NCBI GenBank assembly: GCA_951406725.2
Contig: OX597818.1
Location: forward strand, 20,646,001-20,710,000
From: Octopus vulgaris
Lineage: Eukaryota
Direction: 5' to 3'
Length of the DNA stretch: 64,000 nucleotides
Position 1 is the stretch's first letter, and every line of letters starts with the position of its first letter. Below the pieces are notes generated by a model. That model was not told the DNA's origin, searched no databases, and was given only the letters and a program-made list of their open reading frames with translations. Positions 1 to 12,175 of this stretch are shown here, piece after piece. The translations under genes and the position numbers were made by a program.

Positions 1-169
1 TCATTGGACATACTTCATGTTAATTTTATCAGCCACACTCTTCCGTGTTCGCTTAGGGATTGTTGGAAGAGGATATTAACTTTGGAGTTTTCCTTCTAAC
101 CTAGACTGATTGGTTTCCCCGCAGCTAAGAAGCACTATCTACCCTTACAAAAATCTATTGAACTCACAC

Positions 170-317
170 ATGGGGCCCTTACAGGCGCTACCGTTCAGGG
201 TCAGAACGGACCTGGGAATAATGGTAAATAAGAGGTGATTCTGCGCTCCCTACATCTCTAAAACTACCGAACTGGAGCCTCACCACTGGTTGCAGTTTAA
301 TGTCATACCCAGGACAT
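170..317 (-). mobile_element. Decayed cephalopod SINE fragment (Ceph-SINE-like)
   Basis: Segment gggtcagaacggacctgggaataatgg...actggagcctcaccac...gtttaatgtcatacccaggaca resembles, from memory, the reverse strand of a coleoid SINE body; single diverged copy in the window. Confidence 0.4.
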
Positions 318-487
318 TGATATTTTAAAAGTGAGTGTGAAACAGAACAGTACGTTGCTGAAAACGAGGAAATATTTTAGTCCATCCAAATCCGATATCA
401 GACTTAAGAAATATTGTCGACAGCAACCTCATCTGGAGCATCTTAATGTCATCAATGAAGCGGTGGAAATACTGCTAAGCATATCAG

Positions 488-685
488 GGATATTCAGCGT
501 GACACGGAATGTGTCATGGTTGACCCATAGAAATACAGGTCCAAACTCATTTTTGTCAGCTGAGTGAACTGGAGCAACGTGAAATAAAATGTCTTGCTCA
601 ATGATACAACGCGTTGCCGGGAATTGAACTCACGACTTTACGATCTTGAGCTGAATACTGTAACCACTAAGCCACGCACCTTCAC
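488..685 (-). mobile_element. tRNA-derived CORE-type SINE, family D, 3'-truncated
   Basis: Reverse complement aligns to the full copy at 51288-51610 (head tgaaggtgcgtggcttagtggtta, B box gagttcaattccc, CORE-like ttgagcaagacattttatttcacgttgctccag). Confidence 0.8.
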
Positions 686-723
686 TGGATCAGAGCTGAC
701 CTGGAGCTAGACAACAATTTTTT

Positions 724-945
724 TTTCTAATTTAGGCACGCGGCCAGCAATTTTGAGGGGAAAAGCAAGTCGATTACGTCGATTTCAGAGCTCAATTGTA
801 ACTTATTTTATCTACCCCTAAACGACGAAATACAAAGTAAACTTCGTCAGCATTTGAACCCAGAACGTAAAAGGCTGGGGGGAAAAATGCTGGCTGCTGA
901 GCACCCCACACCTCGACTCGCTAACGATTCCGGCAACTCGCTAAA
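724..945 (-). mobile_element. tRNA-derived SINE family A, diverged copy
   Basis: Reverse complement of the family A body seen at 2756-2986. Confidence 0.75.
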
Positions 946-959
946 CAACTACGGTGCAC

Positions 960-1051
960 AACTGCTATTACCATAGTTACAATAACAACCACCACCAATG
1001 ACACCGATACCTCCACCATTACTACTATTAAATAGTAGTAGTATTTGTTTT

Positions 1052-1101
<50 letters not shown>

Positions 1102-1872
1102 TCAACCTCGACTACTACAACCCAAACTGTCACTAGAATTAAAATCACCCTAATCCCCTCACCCCATCTCTATCTTGTGGGAGACACCATCATACCCGTC
1201 ATCAACGCCGCCACAATCAAAACAACCACTATAACCAGAACCACAACCACAACCACAATCAATACCACCACTACTACTACCACCTCTGTCGCCACCAGTG
1301 ACGCCTTACTCGCAATACCTAAGGCTTATTCTTGTCTTCCCCATCACCATCATCATCATCATCATCATCAGTACCGTCTCCGCCGTCACGACTACGTACG
1401 TACTCCTCAATTTGTCCCAGATACCCGACTGTCAATCATATCTCGCAGTTTTATACGGGTGACCCTGTAGTAGGGTGTTTGTATGGGTGTGGGTGGAAGG
1501 AAGAACAGAAAGAAAATAACAGGGTCGGTGGAGGTTGCCGCTTCTACGTTTTCTGCAGTTGTTGTTGTTGGTGGTGGTAGTGGTGGCTGTAGTGGTGGTG
1601 GTGGTGGTCGTCGTCGTCGTTGTCGTTCTAGTTGTGGTGATGATAATGATAATGATAATGATGATGATTGTAGTAGTGGTGGTGGTGGTGGTGGTGGTGG
1701 TGGTGGCGCCGGCGACAGAGGCCACGGTGAAGCTTAAACTCATTGTTGATTTTAGCTAGATGTCAATGCTAATGTGTTGGGCAGGGCGGTGGTTATTGTG
1801 GTGAGGGTATTGTGGTTGTGGTTGGAGGGGGAGGTGGTGTTGGAGGTAGCGATTGTAGTGCCGGCGGTAGTG

Positions 1873-1937
<65 letters not shown>

Positions 1938-1975
1938 GATGGCAGTGGAAGAAATGGTGACGACGAGGACAATGA
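960..1975. repeat. Compound trinucleotide low-complexity region (TAG)n/(CAC)n/(CAT)n/(GGT)n
   Basis: Directly visible; explains the poly-S/T/H/V ORFs. Confidence 0.9.
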
Positions 1976-2171
1976 GTCAGTCGTATCATATAAAAAGTAT
2001 ATTAAGGCGCAGGCGTGGCTGTGTGGTATGAAATTTGCTTCGGAGACACGACTGTTTCGGGTTCAGTCCCACTGCGTGGCACCTTGGGCAACTGTCTTCT
2101 ATTCTGTCCTCGGGCCGACAAACTCTCGTGAGTAGATTTGGGGAAGACAGAAACTGAAAAAAAACCCGTCG

Positions 2172-2241
<70 letters not shown>

Positions 2242-2244
2242 GCT

Positions 2245-2343
<99 letters not shown>

Positions 2344-2374
2344 TACTTGGAAATGGATGCGTGGTGTTCAATTA

Positions 2375-2435
<61 letters not shown>

Positions 2436-2437
2436 TA

Positions 2438-2475
2438 CTGTCCGACGAACGGGAACGTGAAACTCCTAGTAACAG
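2438..2475 (+). ncRNA. Type-I hammerhead-ribozyme-like motif in a short (TA)n-embedded insert
   Basis: ctgt-CCGACGA-acg(ggaa)cgt-GAAA-ct(cct)ag-TA-acag: helix I ctgt/acag, helix II acg/cgt, helix III act/agt, GUA cleavage triplet; core differs from CUGANGA by U4C. Confidence 0.55.
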
Positions 2476-2521
2476 GTTTCGTTGAATTTCTGCTGCTTTT
2501 AAATAAAGAATATATATATAT

Positions 2522-2580
2522 CGGTGCCCCAGCACGGCCACAGCTCGTGAGCTGAAACTAGATGAAATGAGATGAAATGA
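2522..2580 (+). mobile_element. Isolated LINE/SINE 3' tail (same tail as the tRNA-Glu chimera at 10809-10948)
   Basis: cggtgccccagcacggccacagctcgtgagctgaaactagatgaaatg is the reverse complement of 10809-10867. Confidence 0.75.
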
Positions 2581-2584
2581 AAAA

Positions 2585-2722
2585 TATTTACTTAAACAAA
2601 CGAGTTAAATACGTAAACAACGAGAGAAAATGGAGAACAGAATAAGTAAACACAGAGAAAGGACCCTTCATCAGTTGTCGGCTGTCTGTCTACTCCTCGT
2701 TTCGAGCATACGACGGGTTACA
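2585..2722 (-). mobile_element. Short interspersed repeat P1 (possibly Penelope pLTR-derived)
   Basis: Reverse complement matches 18059-18235 (gctcgaaa...gccgacaactgatgaag...cctttctctgtgttt). Confidence 0.6.
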
Positions 2723-2755
2723 TGCATATATATATCTATGTATATGTATATATAA

Positions 2756-2983
2756 GGCGGCGAGCTGGCAGAAACGTTAGCACGCCGGGCGAAATGCTTT
2801 GTGATATTTCGTCTGTCGTTACGTTCTGAGTTCAAATTCCGCCGAGGTCGACTTTGCCTTTCATCCTTCCGGGGTCGATAAATAAAGTACCAGTTTCGCA
2901 CTGGGGTCTATGTAATCGGCTTAATCCGTTTGTCTGTCCTTGTTTGTCCCCTCTATGTTTAGCCCCTTGTGGGTAATAGAGAA

Positions 2984-2986
<3 letters not shown>
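2756..2986 (+). mobile_element. SINE family A, near full-length, with LINE-like 3' tail
   Basis: tRNA-like head ggcggcgagctggcagaaacgttagc, B box gagttcaaattcc, body ggtcgactttgcctttcatccttccggggtcgataaataaagtacc, tail gtttagccccttgtgggtaatagagaaa. Confidence 0.85.
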
Positions 2987-3014
<28 letters not shown>

Positions 3015-3350
3015 TGTGTGTGTGTCTTTGTGTCTGTGTTTGTATTCCCTACCATCGCTTACTTAACTCATGTTGCTGTGATACGTCCTCGTCACTTTGC
3101 GGTTCGACAAAAAAAGAAATGATAGAATAAGCATTTGGTTTACAAAGAATAAGTCCTGGGGTCGATTTCTTCGTCTAAAAGACCCTTAAAATCAGTGCTC
3201 CAGCATAGCTGCAGTCAAATGACTGAAACAAGTAAAAGAAAAGAATCTGTTTGTTGTTTACAGACCCGTCTTCGTCTTTTGTTTTTGTTTTTTTTTGTAA
3301 ATTACAACTATATATATATATATATATATACATATACATATGAAACAAGT

Positions 3351-3398
<48 letters not shown>

Positions 3399-3642
3399 CA
3401 TTGTGGCGGTGTTTGTTCTCCACCAACGTTTCACAACCGGTGTTGGAGTGTTTACGTTCTCGTAACTTAACGATTCAGGAAAAGAGGCGGCTAGAATAAG
3501 TAACCAGGCCTAAAGAGAAAAAAAAAATTGTGCAGTCGATTCGTTTGACTAGATTCGGTGCTCCAGCATGGCCGCAGTCAACTATCGGAAGCAACTAAAA
3601 GGTAAAATGGAAAAAAGGCACACACACACGCACACACACACA

Positions 3643-3688
<46 letters not shown>

Positions 3689-3727
3689 CACACACACACA
3701 TATTATGCATATATATGAATATATCTG

Positions 3728-4222
<495 letters not shown>

Positions 4223-4249
4223 TATACCAATGTAGACAGACAGACAGAC

Positions 4250-4340
<91 letters not shown>

Positions 4341-4632
4341 AAAAGAGAGAGAGGGAGAATGAACTATAGTGAAGATCTGGTAGTGCTTGTGGGAGTGGTA
4401 ATTATGATTGTAGGAATGGTGATAGTGGTAGTGGTAGTGGTGGTGGCGACGGCAGCGGAGGTGGTGGTAATGCTGCGGGAGTTGGTAATAGTGATTTGGT
4501 GGTAGTAGTGGTGATAGTGATGAAGGCAACGGTGGTAGCGGCGGTGGGGATGGTGGAAGGTGGGGGTCTCGGCGGTGCGCTGTTGTCTATGTATGTGTAT
4601 GAGCAGGTGTAAGAGTGGTGTTTTTTTTTGTT

Positions 4633-4663
<31 letters not shown>

Positions 4664-4864
4664 TTTGCTTGCAATGGTTACATGCATGGATGTATAATTG
4701 GATGAATGAATAAATGGATTGATTGAAGGGGGAGTGTTCGTATTACGGATGGTGTCGTCGGGTATATATATATATATATATACATATGTGTGCGTGCGTG
4801 TGTGTATGTGTGTATATATGTGTATGTGTGTCTATCTGTATATATGTGTGCATGCCAGTTAATG

Positions 4865-4914
<50 letters not shown>

Positions 4915-5534
4915 TGTTTGTGCGAAATCGCACAGTATAGAGATGGTGGCGGATGAGGGTGTGTGCGTGTGGGTGTGAGAGTGTGTGGGTGTGTGAGTCA
5001 CGTGATCAAGGTATGTATGTGCGTGTGAGTGCGGTATTGGCTGCTTAGCTGGATGAAAGGATGAATGGGTGGGTGGGTGTCCGGATGAATGGATGGATGG
5101 ATGGATGGATGGATGGAAGGGTTGATGGATGGATGGATGGATGGATGGATGGATGGATAGATGGATGGATGGGTGGGTGGATTGATTGAACGGGTGGTTA
5201 AACGAACGAACGAACGAACGAACGGAACGATAGATAGTTATTCGACTCTTGTCATTTAACGGCAGAGCTCGGTTTACGAACGACAGTTCGTTGCGAGAGA
5301 GAAAAAAATACCGCACAACGCACTCATACACACGCAAAAACATATACAGGCACAATCCCATTATTTAATATAATTTTAAGTGATCTGACGCTATCCAACC
5401 AAACAAAATATTTATACATTTGGTAGGTTTCATTGTTATTTTTTTTTATTTGTTTTTAATTTAATTTATTGGTTTATGTTGTATTCTTTTGGTTATTTAT
5501 ATTGTTAGTGTGTATAATGGACACACACGTTGTG

Positions 5535-5575
<41 letters not shown>

Positions 5576-5608
5576 CATTTGTTGTTAATTTACAGGAAAA
5601 AAATGTGC

Positions 5609-6046
5609 GGATCTTTTCGGTTTGAACGGCAGTTTTTTCTAGTGGTGTCATATGAAATTGTCACCCATGATTATGACCCTAGAATCGATCTATTGCATTT
5701 CAATCTGTTTTAGGGTTATGGTTAGTTAGGGTTAGGGTTAGAGTTAGGGGTAGGGGGAAGGGTATCTTTTTTTCTTTAGAAATGTAAATAAACCCAATCT
5801 GTTTCTTAAACGAGGGACATATTCATACGGCACAGAATGTTTTCACCTCAATAGACGTCATTGATTGGTTGAAATTGCAGAAATTGAAGAAAAAAACAAC
5901 AAATATCTTACAAACTATAGAATTTTCTCAATAAAGCCAAGAGAAAAAGATGTTTTATAAACACATTCTACCAGTATACGAAGTTTAAAAGTGTTTAGTT
6001 ACGTGGAAATTATTTTAAAAAACTGCTGTTCAAACCGAAAAGATCT
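5609..6046. mobile_element. MITE with about 28-bp TIRs, 8-bp TSD and internal TTAGGG-like repeats (Merlin-like, tentative)
   Basis: TIRs ggatcttttcggtttgaacggcagttttt / aaaaactgctgttcaaaccgaaaagatct; flanks aaatgtgc (5601-5608) and aaatttgc (6047-6054). Confidence 0.85.
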
Positions 6047-6483
6047 AAATTTGCTAATTATGGGATTGTACTGTTAAGTGAATTGTATTTGTTAATCACA
6101 TATAAGTAGATTGTAACTTCGAAGTTTTGCTTTAGCGGCTTGTTCGACTACACATACACACCGACACATAAATACACAGACACACAAATACGTGCAAATA
6201 TATTCATACATACATACATACATACATAAATACATACATACATACATACATACATACATACATACATACATACATACATACATACATACATACATACATA
6301 CATACATACATACACACAGACATATATATATATATTTCGTTTTTGAATTCGGTTTGCAGAATTCTTTATGAGTTCGTGTGTTGACTTGTTTGTTGACTCT
6401 CCCCAGACTCAACAGTATGTATGTATGTATGTATGTATGTATGTATGTATGTATGTATGTATGTATGTATGTATGTATGTATG

Positions 6484-6540
<57 letters not shown>

Positions 6541-6542
<2 letters not shown>

Positions 6543-6698
6543 GATGGGCTTCTTTCAGTTTCCATCTACCAAATCCACTCACAAAGCTTTGGTCGGGCCG
6601 AAGCTATAGTGGAAGATACTTGTCCAAGTTGCCACGCAGTGGGACTGAACCCGGAACCATATGGCTGGTAAGCAAGCTTCTTACCACACAGCCACTGC
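6541..6698 (-). mobile_element. SINE family B head
   Basis: Reverse complement of the family B 5' half, running into (TA)n/(TATG)n. Confidence 0.85.
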
Positions 6699-6699
6699 C

Positions 6700-6744
<45 letters not shown>

Positions 6745-6749
6745 TATGT

Positions 6750-6779
<30 letters not shown>

Positions 6780-6780
<1 letters not shown>

Positions 6781-6982
6781 GACTAGCAGAATCGTTATCG
6801 CACCGGGCTAAAATGCTTATCGGCATTTCGTTTCTTTGAGTTCAAATTACGCTGAGGTTGTCTTTGCGTTTCATCCTTTCGGGGTGGATAAAATAAGTAC
6901 CAGTTGATTACTGGATTCGATGTAATCGACTTATCTCCGTCCATGAAATCAATGGCCTTGTGCCAAAAATTTGAAATCAATA
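6780..6982 (+). mobile_element. SINE family A
   Basis: agcagaatcgttatcgcaccggg...gagttcaaattacgctgaggttgtctttgcgtttcatcc...ggccttgtgccaaaatttgaaa. Confidence 0.8.
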
Positions 6983-6987
6983 TTGTG

Positions 6988-7033
<46 letters not shown>

Positions 7034-7469
7034 TATATATATACACACTGCATACTTACATACATATATATGTGTGTTTGTGAGAGAGAGACTAAACGCG
7101 TCCAATTTGGTGGTTGGAGGTATCTCTGCTCACATTTCAATTTTTTTTTATTTCATTTCGTTTTATTTTCCTGTGCTCCTTAATATGAGAGTTAACTTTT
7201 CATAGATATAGTTAGCGCTTGTTTGATACGTTCTGAGTAGTATAAAGCTTTCCTTTCATAAGTCCCAAGTTACTCCGATGGTTAGTAAAGATTCTAGAAT
7301 GGGTATCGTATATGGTGCATGGACACCAGGGAAATATGTCCTACGTGTCATATGTGATGCACAGACTGGACAGGCAAAGGGTTAGTATTTAATAGTTATG
7401 TATTAGAAGAATAAAAATTAACCTTCTCTTAGATTTGCTAATAATTTATATTTAATCGTTCACGAAGCA

Positions 7470-7515
7470 CTGTACCGATGAGATAGAAATATATCGAAAC
7501 GCGCGTTTAACGTAC
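7470..7515 (+). ncRNA. Degenerate minimal hammerhead-like motif
   Basis: CCGATGA-gata(gaaata)tatc-GAAA-cgcgcg-TT with palindromic helix III aacgcgcgtt; helix I poorly paired. Confidence 0.35.
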
Positions 7516-8209
7516 GATGAAAGACAGAAACAAAGAAACAAAGAAACAAAAAAAAGTATACTTGAAAATATTTTGTTAGCCTACACCTTATGCTTCACGG
7601 CGAAGATTAATACAAATGATGGGAGAAAAGAAAATCCTTTTCTGTAATACGACGCAGAATACTTTTTTTAAGCTTTAACCGGATTCGAACCTACGCTCTA
7701 TGGTTTGCATTGAACGACATATAATTTTATTTCTCCTCAGCATAGAAGTATGTAATGACAAAGCTAATGAAATATTCCACTTGTTGGATAAGAAGTAGAA
7801 GAGGCGGGCGAATGATATGACATGTTCATATGGGTACAACAACGATTTTTTCTGGAACATTTGGTCTCGAAGTTTTACCGTATTACATTTTTTTTCCCTA
7901 CCGGGGGTGGTCATTTTGATCAACACACTTAAAAATTAAAGAAATATTAAATTTACTTTTATAAACTAAATGAAATACAGGTACTTGCACATTAGTTTAA
8001 AAGATACAAGTTTATTGATAATATATTGTGCTAGGTGTAAGTTTGTGCAAGGTATCCCTAAACCAGTCTGACAGCCGCGGGAACTTGAAGTTCCAACTCG
8101 TAAATTAGTGCGGAATACATGAGGTTCCGGACCATCAGTGTCACGGATTTCGGTGTTGTACACAAAAAATCCGGTATGAACGTGGAGTGTGTGTGTGTGT
8201 GTTTGGAAA

Positions 8210-8337
8210 TATTCTTTTCTACTAGAGGCACAAGGCCCGAAATTTTGGGGGAGAGGGTCTGTCGATTAGATCGACCCCAGTACGCAACTGGTACTTAATT
8301 TATCGACCCCGAAAGGATGAAACGCAAATCGACCTCG
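8210..8337 (-). mobile_element. SINE family A 3' part
   Basis: Reverse complement of family A body and tail. Confidence 0.8.
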
Positions 8338-8789
8338 TATGTGTTTGGAAATATTGCATTATATATTGTTGTTATATATATGTTTTTATATGTACGTCTA
8401 TGTGTGTGTGTATAATTGTATTATTATATTTATGTATGTGTGTATGTATGCGTATCTATGTACACATGTATGTGCTTGTGTGCGTGTATGTATGTATTAT
8501 TGTATGTATGTCGGTATGTATGTCTGAGTATGTATGTACGCATGTATGTATGCATGCGTGTGTGTGCGTGCGTGCACGCAAGTATGTTCTATGAATATTT
8601 TTCATATTCACGTCTCAGTAGCTACAAGGTACCGCCAGTCAAAACTACAATCGATTGTAAACTGAATTTTATCGATACTAGTACTTAATTAATGTTTTGT
8701 TTTTGTTTAAGACCTTTGCTCCCGATGAAACAAAGGCCATTGATGACCCCCCCCACACACACACACACACACTGCTCTCAATTCTGGGC

Positions 8790-9096
8790 CGCTTTTTCAG
8801 CGTCTCTCCAGTTGGATACGTGTTTATTTTGTCTAATGTTTCCCCGAGAGAAGGCCTTCTCCCAGATCTCGTTAGCTTTGATTTTTCATCGGTACTTCAG
8901 TAACTTTGATTTTCTTCTAGGTAAGAATGTCGGCTCTACTTAAATACTTTTTACCTCTGTGAAAAGGTGCTCCGTATAAGTCTGGCCTCTTATCCTTTGA
9001 CCTCTCTAGCATGAGAGGCCCTACATGAAGCAGGGGCTTTGCTAGAATTACTCTCGGGGTCAATGACCACATCACAAGGGATGGACTTTGTGCTGG
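8790..9096 (-). mobile_element. Possible RTE-type LINE 5' UTR fragment
   Basis: Minus strand gcccctgcttcatgtagggcctctcatgctagagaggtcaaaggataagaggccagac resembles RTE 5' UTRs from memory; no second copy here. Confidence 0.3.
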
Positions 9097-9345
9097 ACTT
9101 ATTCTATCGGTCTTTTGCCGAACCGCTAGATTACGGGGACGACGTAAATACACACACACACACACTCACATATATATATATTTATATATAGGAGGGCTTC
9201 TTTCAGTTTCCGTCTACCAAATACACACATAAGGCTTTGGTTGACCCGAGACTACATTAGAGGATACTTGCCGAAGGTGCCACACAGTGGGACTGAACCC
9301 AGAAGCATGTGGTTTGGAAACAAGCTTCCAAACGCCTGCGCCTGT
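9097..9345 (-). mobile_element. SINE family B, truncated
   Basis: Reverse complement of family B head, microsatellite and part of the tail. Confidence 0.8.
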
Positions 9346-9866
9346 ATTGATACTAGTTACTAGACATTTACATATCTTGACCTTGTCTTGCTTTGGGCAC
9401 TCAACACTTCGGTGAAGTTGTGGGGGCGCCATTATAACATGTAGCGTATCTTGAAAATGTTTAGATCTAGCGGAGCTCATCTCACAACTGATTTCTTGCA
9501 ACAGACAGAAAGACGGAGAAACAGACAGACACACGTACAAAAAAACAAAAAAAAGGAAAGTATGAGAAAAACGAAGAAAAAAAAAAGAATCGATCCCAGT
9601 AAAAGATTGACATTTTATTTATTGTTACCGAAAAAAAAACGAAAGGTTAGGGTGACCTCAGCCGGATTTCATTCAACGTGTAGAGCGCCAGAATGATTAC
9701 CACAAAATAATCTAACTTATGGTCTAATGGCTCACTTTATCCACTGCAGAAGGAAGAATACAAATGCAAATTTGGTCTGGACCAAATTTGAACTCAAAGC
9801 ACAAACACACACACACACATGTAAGTCCATAGGTATATAAATCTTTCTCTCTCTCTCTCTCTCTCA

Positions 9867-9969
<103 letters not shown>

Positions 9970-10273
9970 ATATGTATATGTAGATAGGGTTAAGTCCAAG
10001 TTCTGTCCTCTTGAAGCCCATTTGCTTATTACAGTGTTACAAATCAATATGTAGTTGTTGTATTTACGTGCGGTGCATATTAAAGTTGAAAATTCTGGAA
10101 ATTTTGTTTGTACAGTTATTATATATCAAAAGAGGAGATTGAAAAATTTACTTGCTATTATTTATTCACCATTACACATGCTTCAATTGCTAATAAAAAT
10201 TGCAAATTTATACTTGCTGGATGAACATGTAAGAAACATTTGAATAAAGTGTTTATATATAGTTATATATATA

Positions 10274-10466
10274 GATCACTAGCCACTACACTTCCTTTAT
10301 TTTCTCTCCTTTTTTCTTTCTGTGTTCCTTTCTGTGGAAGAGCGTAGGCTCGAAACGTTAAACACTTTTTCACTTCCCGAACGTTATACTAATACATCTG
10401 TTTGTTGTCTACACCACATGTCTTCATCTTTTGTTTTTTTTGTTTTTTTTTTGTGAATTCTTCCTA
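10274..10466 (+). mobile_element. Short (TA)n-associated element P2 carrying a hammerhead-like motif (10328-10363)
   Basis: Homologous to 18255-18420 (+), 39921-40077 (-) and a fragment at 3246-3310; contains CTGTGGA-A-gagc(gtag)gctc-GAAA-cg-TT. Confidence 0.7.
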
Positions 10467-10808
10467 TATATACATATAACATGTATACACACACACAAAA
10501 CAAATGCTCGTACGCGCACACACACATACACATACACACACAGAAACGATATGAGAGTGGTAGAATTGACGCGCTGTCCGGTTTAGCACGTTGGGTGCCT
10601 TTAACGGAGTTCACTCTTCTGCATACCAGTCAAGTCTAACTGTATGATTCTTATAGTAGGCCCCAGTTTTGTCACAGTTTTGCAACTAGATAACTGAAGC
10701 TTTGCATAGGGGAATGGAAATTTATTCTATTAATAACGATGTAAATTAGTATAATGTTTTGAATAGAACATGGTTTCCCAGTCGCACACACGCTCGCACG
10801 CGCCCGTA

Positions 10809-10948
10809 TTCATTTCATCATTTCATCTAGTTTCAGCTCACGAGCTGTGGCCATGCTGGGGCACCGCCATTAATTAAAGTTAACGTTCCCATGCCGGGAA
10901 TCGGGAACCCGGGCCGCCTGGGTGAAAGCCAGGAATCCTAACCACTAG
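10809..10948 (-). pseudogene. 5'-truncated tRNA-Glu(TTC) copy fused to a LINE/SINE-type 3' tail
   Basis: Minus strand 10948-10886 reads ctagtggttaggattcctggctTTCacccaggcggcccgggttcccgattcccggcatgggaa, i.e. metazoan tRNA-Glu-TTC lacking about the first 11 nt with a 2-nt T-loop insertion; followed by ggcggtgccccagcatggccacagctcgtgagctgaaactag and a short gatgaaat repeat. Confidence 0.8.
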
Positions 10949-11154
10949 TATGTATGTATGCATGCATACTCAACACCACATGTTGAGTTGCAGCTCAAGT
11001 CGGACGTTTAGTGGTGGACCAAAGTGAGCACTCATACTACGTACCTATTACATTATGTAGGTTGACGAAAACTTGTATACTCTCTATGTATAAACATACA
11101 TACATGCACACAAGCATACATACATACAAGCATACATACATACAAATATACACA

Positions 11155-11370
11155 CGAGGGATGCTGAAAAGTTCTTGGTTTCAAGGATGTCGTGAAAGGC
11201 CTGTTTGGAGTCCCAACCCTCCTAGTTCTTTTACAGGGCTTAGAAAAACTAAAGGACAGCTGCAATAAGTGTGTGAATCTGAGAGGGGAATATGTTGAAT
11301 AAAATCATAATTAACTGATCCTCTTGTACTTTCTTTTACCCAAAGCCGGGAACTTTTCAGCACCACCCCG
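11155..11370 (+). mobile_element. Mariner-derived MITE
   Basis: TIRs cgagggatgctgaaaagttcttggttt / aaagccgggaacttttcagcaccaccccg, right flank TA; internal CNKCVNLRGEYVE* resembles a mariner transposase C-terminus. Confidence 0.85.
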
Positions 11371-11609
11371 TACATACATACGAACATACATACCTATCTT
11401 GCGTATTCTTGTTGCGTATTTTCATGAAGCTCGACACGAACCGTTTTCTGAAGTGCTTACATGTAACAATTCTAAACGAATCATCATTCCTGGACCAGCT
11501 GTTGTCACTATCTTTTCTAAAATAACCTAGCAAAAATTTAAGCCATTTGTGAGATTGTGTTAGTAAACGCAAGCAAGACGAATATATATTTGTGTGTGTG
11601 TGTGTTTAT

Positions 11610-11860
11610 TTTTTGTTTGTTTCAGTCAGTAGACTGTGAACATGCTGGGGCACTGCCTTGAAGGGTTCTAATCGAAATAAACCCTAGTACCTATTTTTTT
11701 TAAAGCCTTGTGTTTATTCTAGCGGTCTCTTTTGCAGAACACCACTAAATTTCTGGGACGTAAACACATCAACACCGGTTGTCTAGCGGTGGTACTGGAC
11801 AAACGCAGATATATGACCGCAGTCTGATAGCTAAAGCAAAAGATAAAAGATATATATATT

Positions 11861-11937
<77 letters not shown>

Positions 11938-11938
11938 T

Positions 11939-12010
<72 letters not shown>

Positions 12011-12175
12011 TAGATATAGATATATGCTCCACGGGTTTGTTTCAGTTTCCATCTAGCAAATTCACTCACAAGGCTTTGGTCGACTAGGGACTATATAGTA
12101 TGAGACTCTTGCCTATGGTGCCACGCAGTAGGACTGAACCCGGGACTATGTCATTGGGAAACAAACTTCTTACCT
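11610..12175 (-). mobile_element. SINE family B with expanded internal (TA)n/(GATA)n
   Basis: Tail at 11610-11805 and head at 12030-12175 on the reverse strand. Confidence 0.75.

Larger units (their letters stand above)
2005..3245 (+). mobile_element. SINE family B, interrupted: head 2005-2172, expanded internal microsatellite with nested inserts, tail about 3015-3245
   Basis: Head ggcgcaggcgtggctgtgtggt...ggttcagtcccactgcgtggcaccttgggcaa and tail gtgctccagcatagctgcagtcaaatgactgaaacaagtaaaaga match the intact copy at 63496-63911. Confidence 0.8.

Noticed and set aside
5710-5752. True telomere or chromosome-fusion scar
   Set aside because: Only a few degenerate units, and they lie inside a TIR/TSD-bounded element
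10886-10948. Functional tRNA-Glu gene
   Set aside because: The 5' acceptor strand and start of the A box are missing and the T loop has a 2-nt insertion
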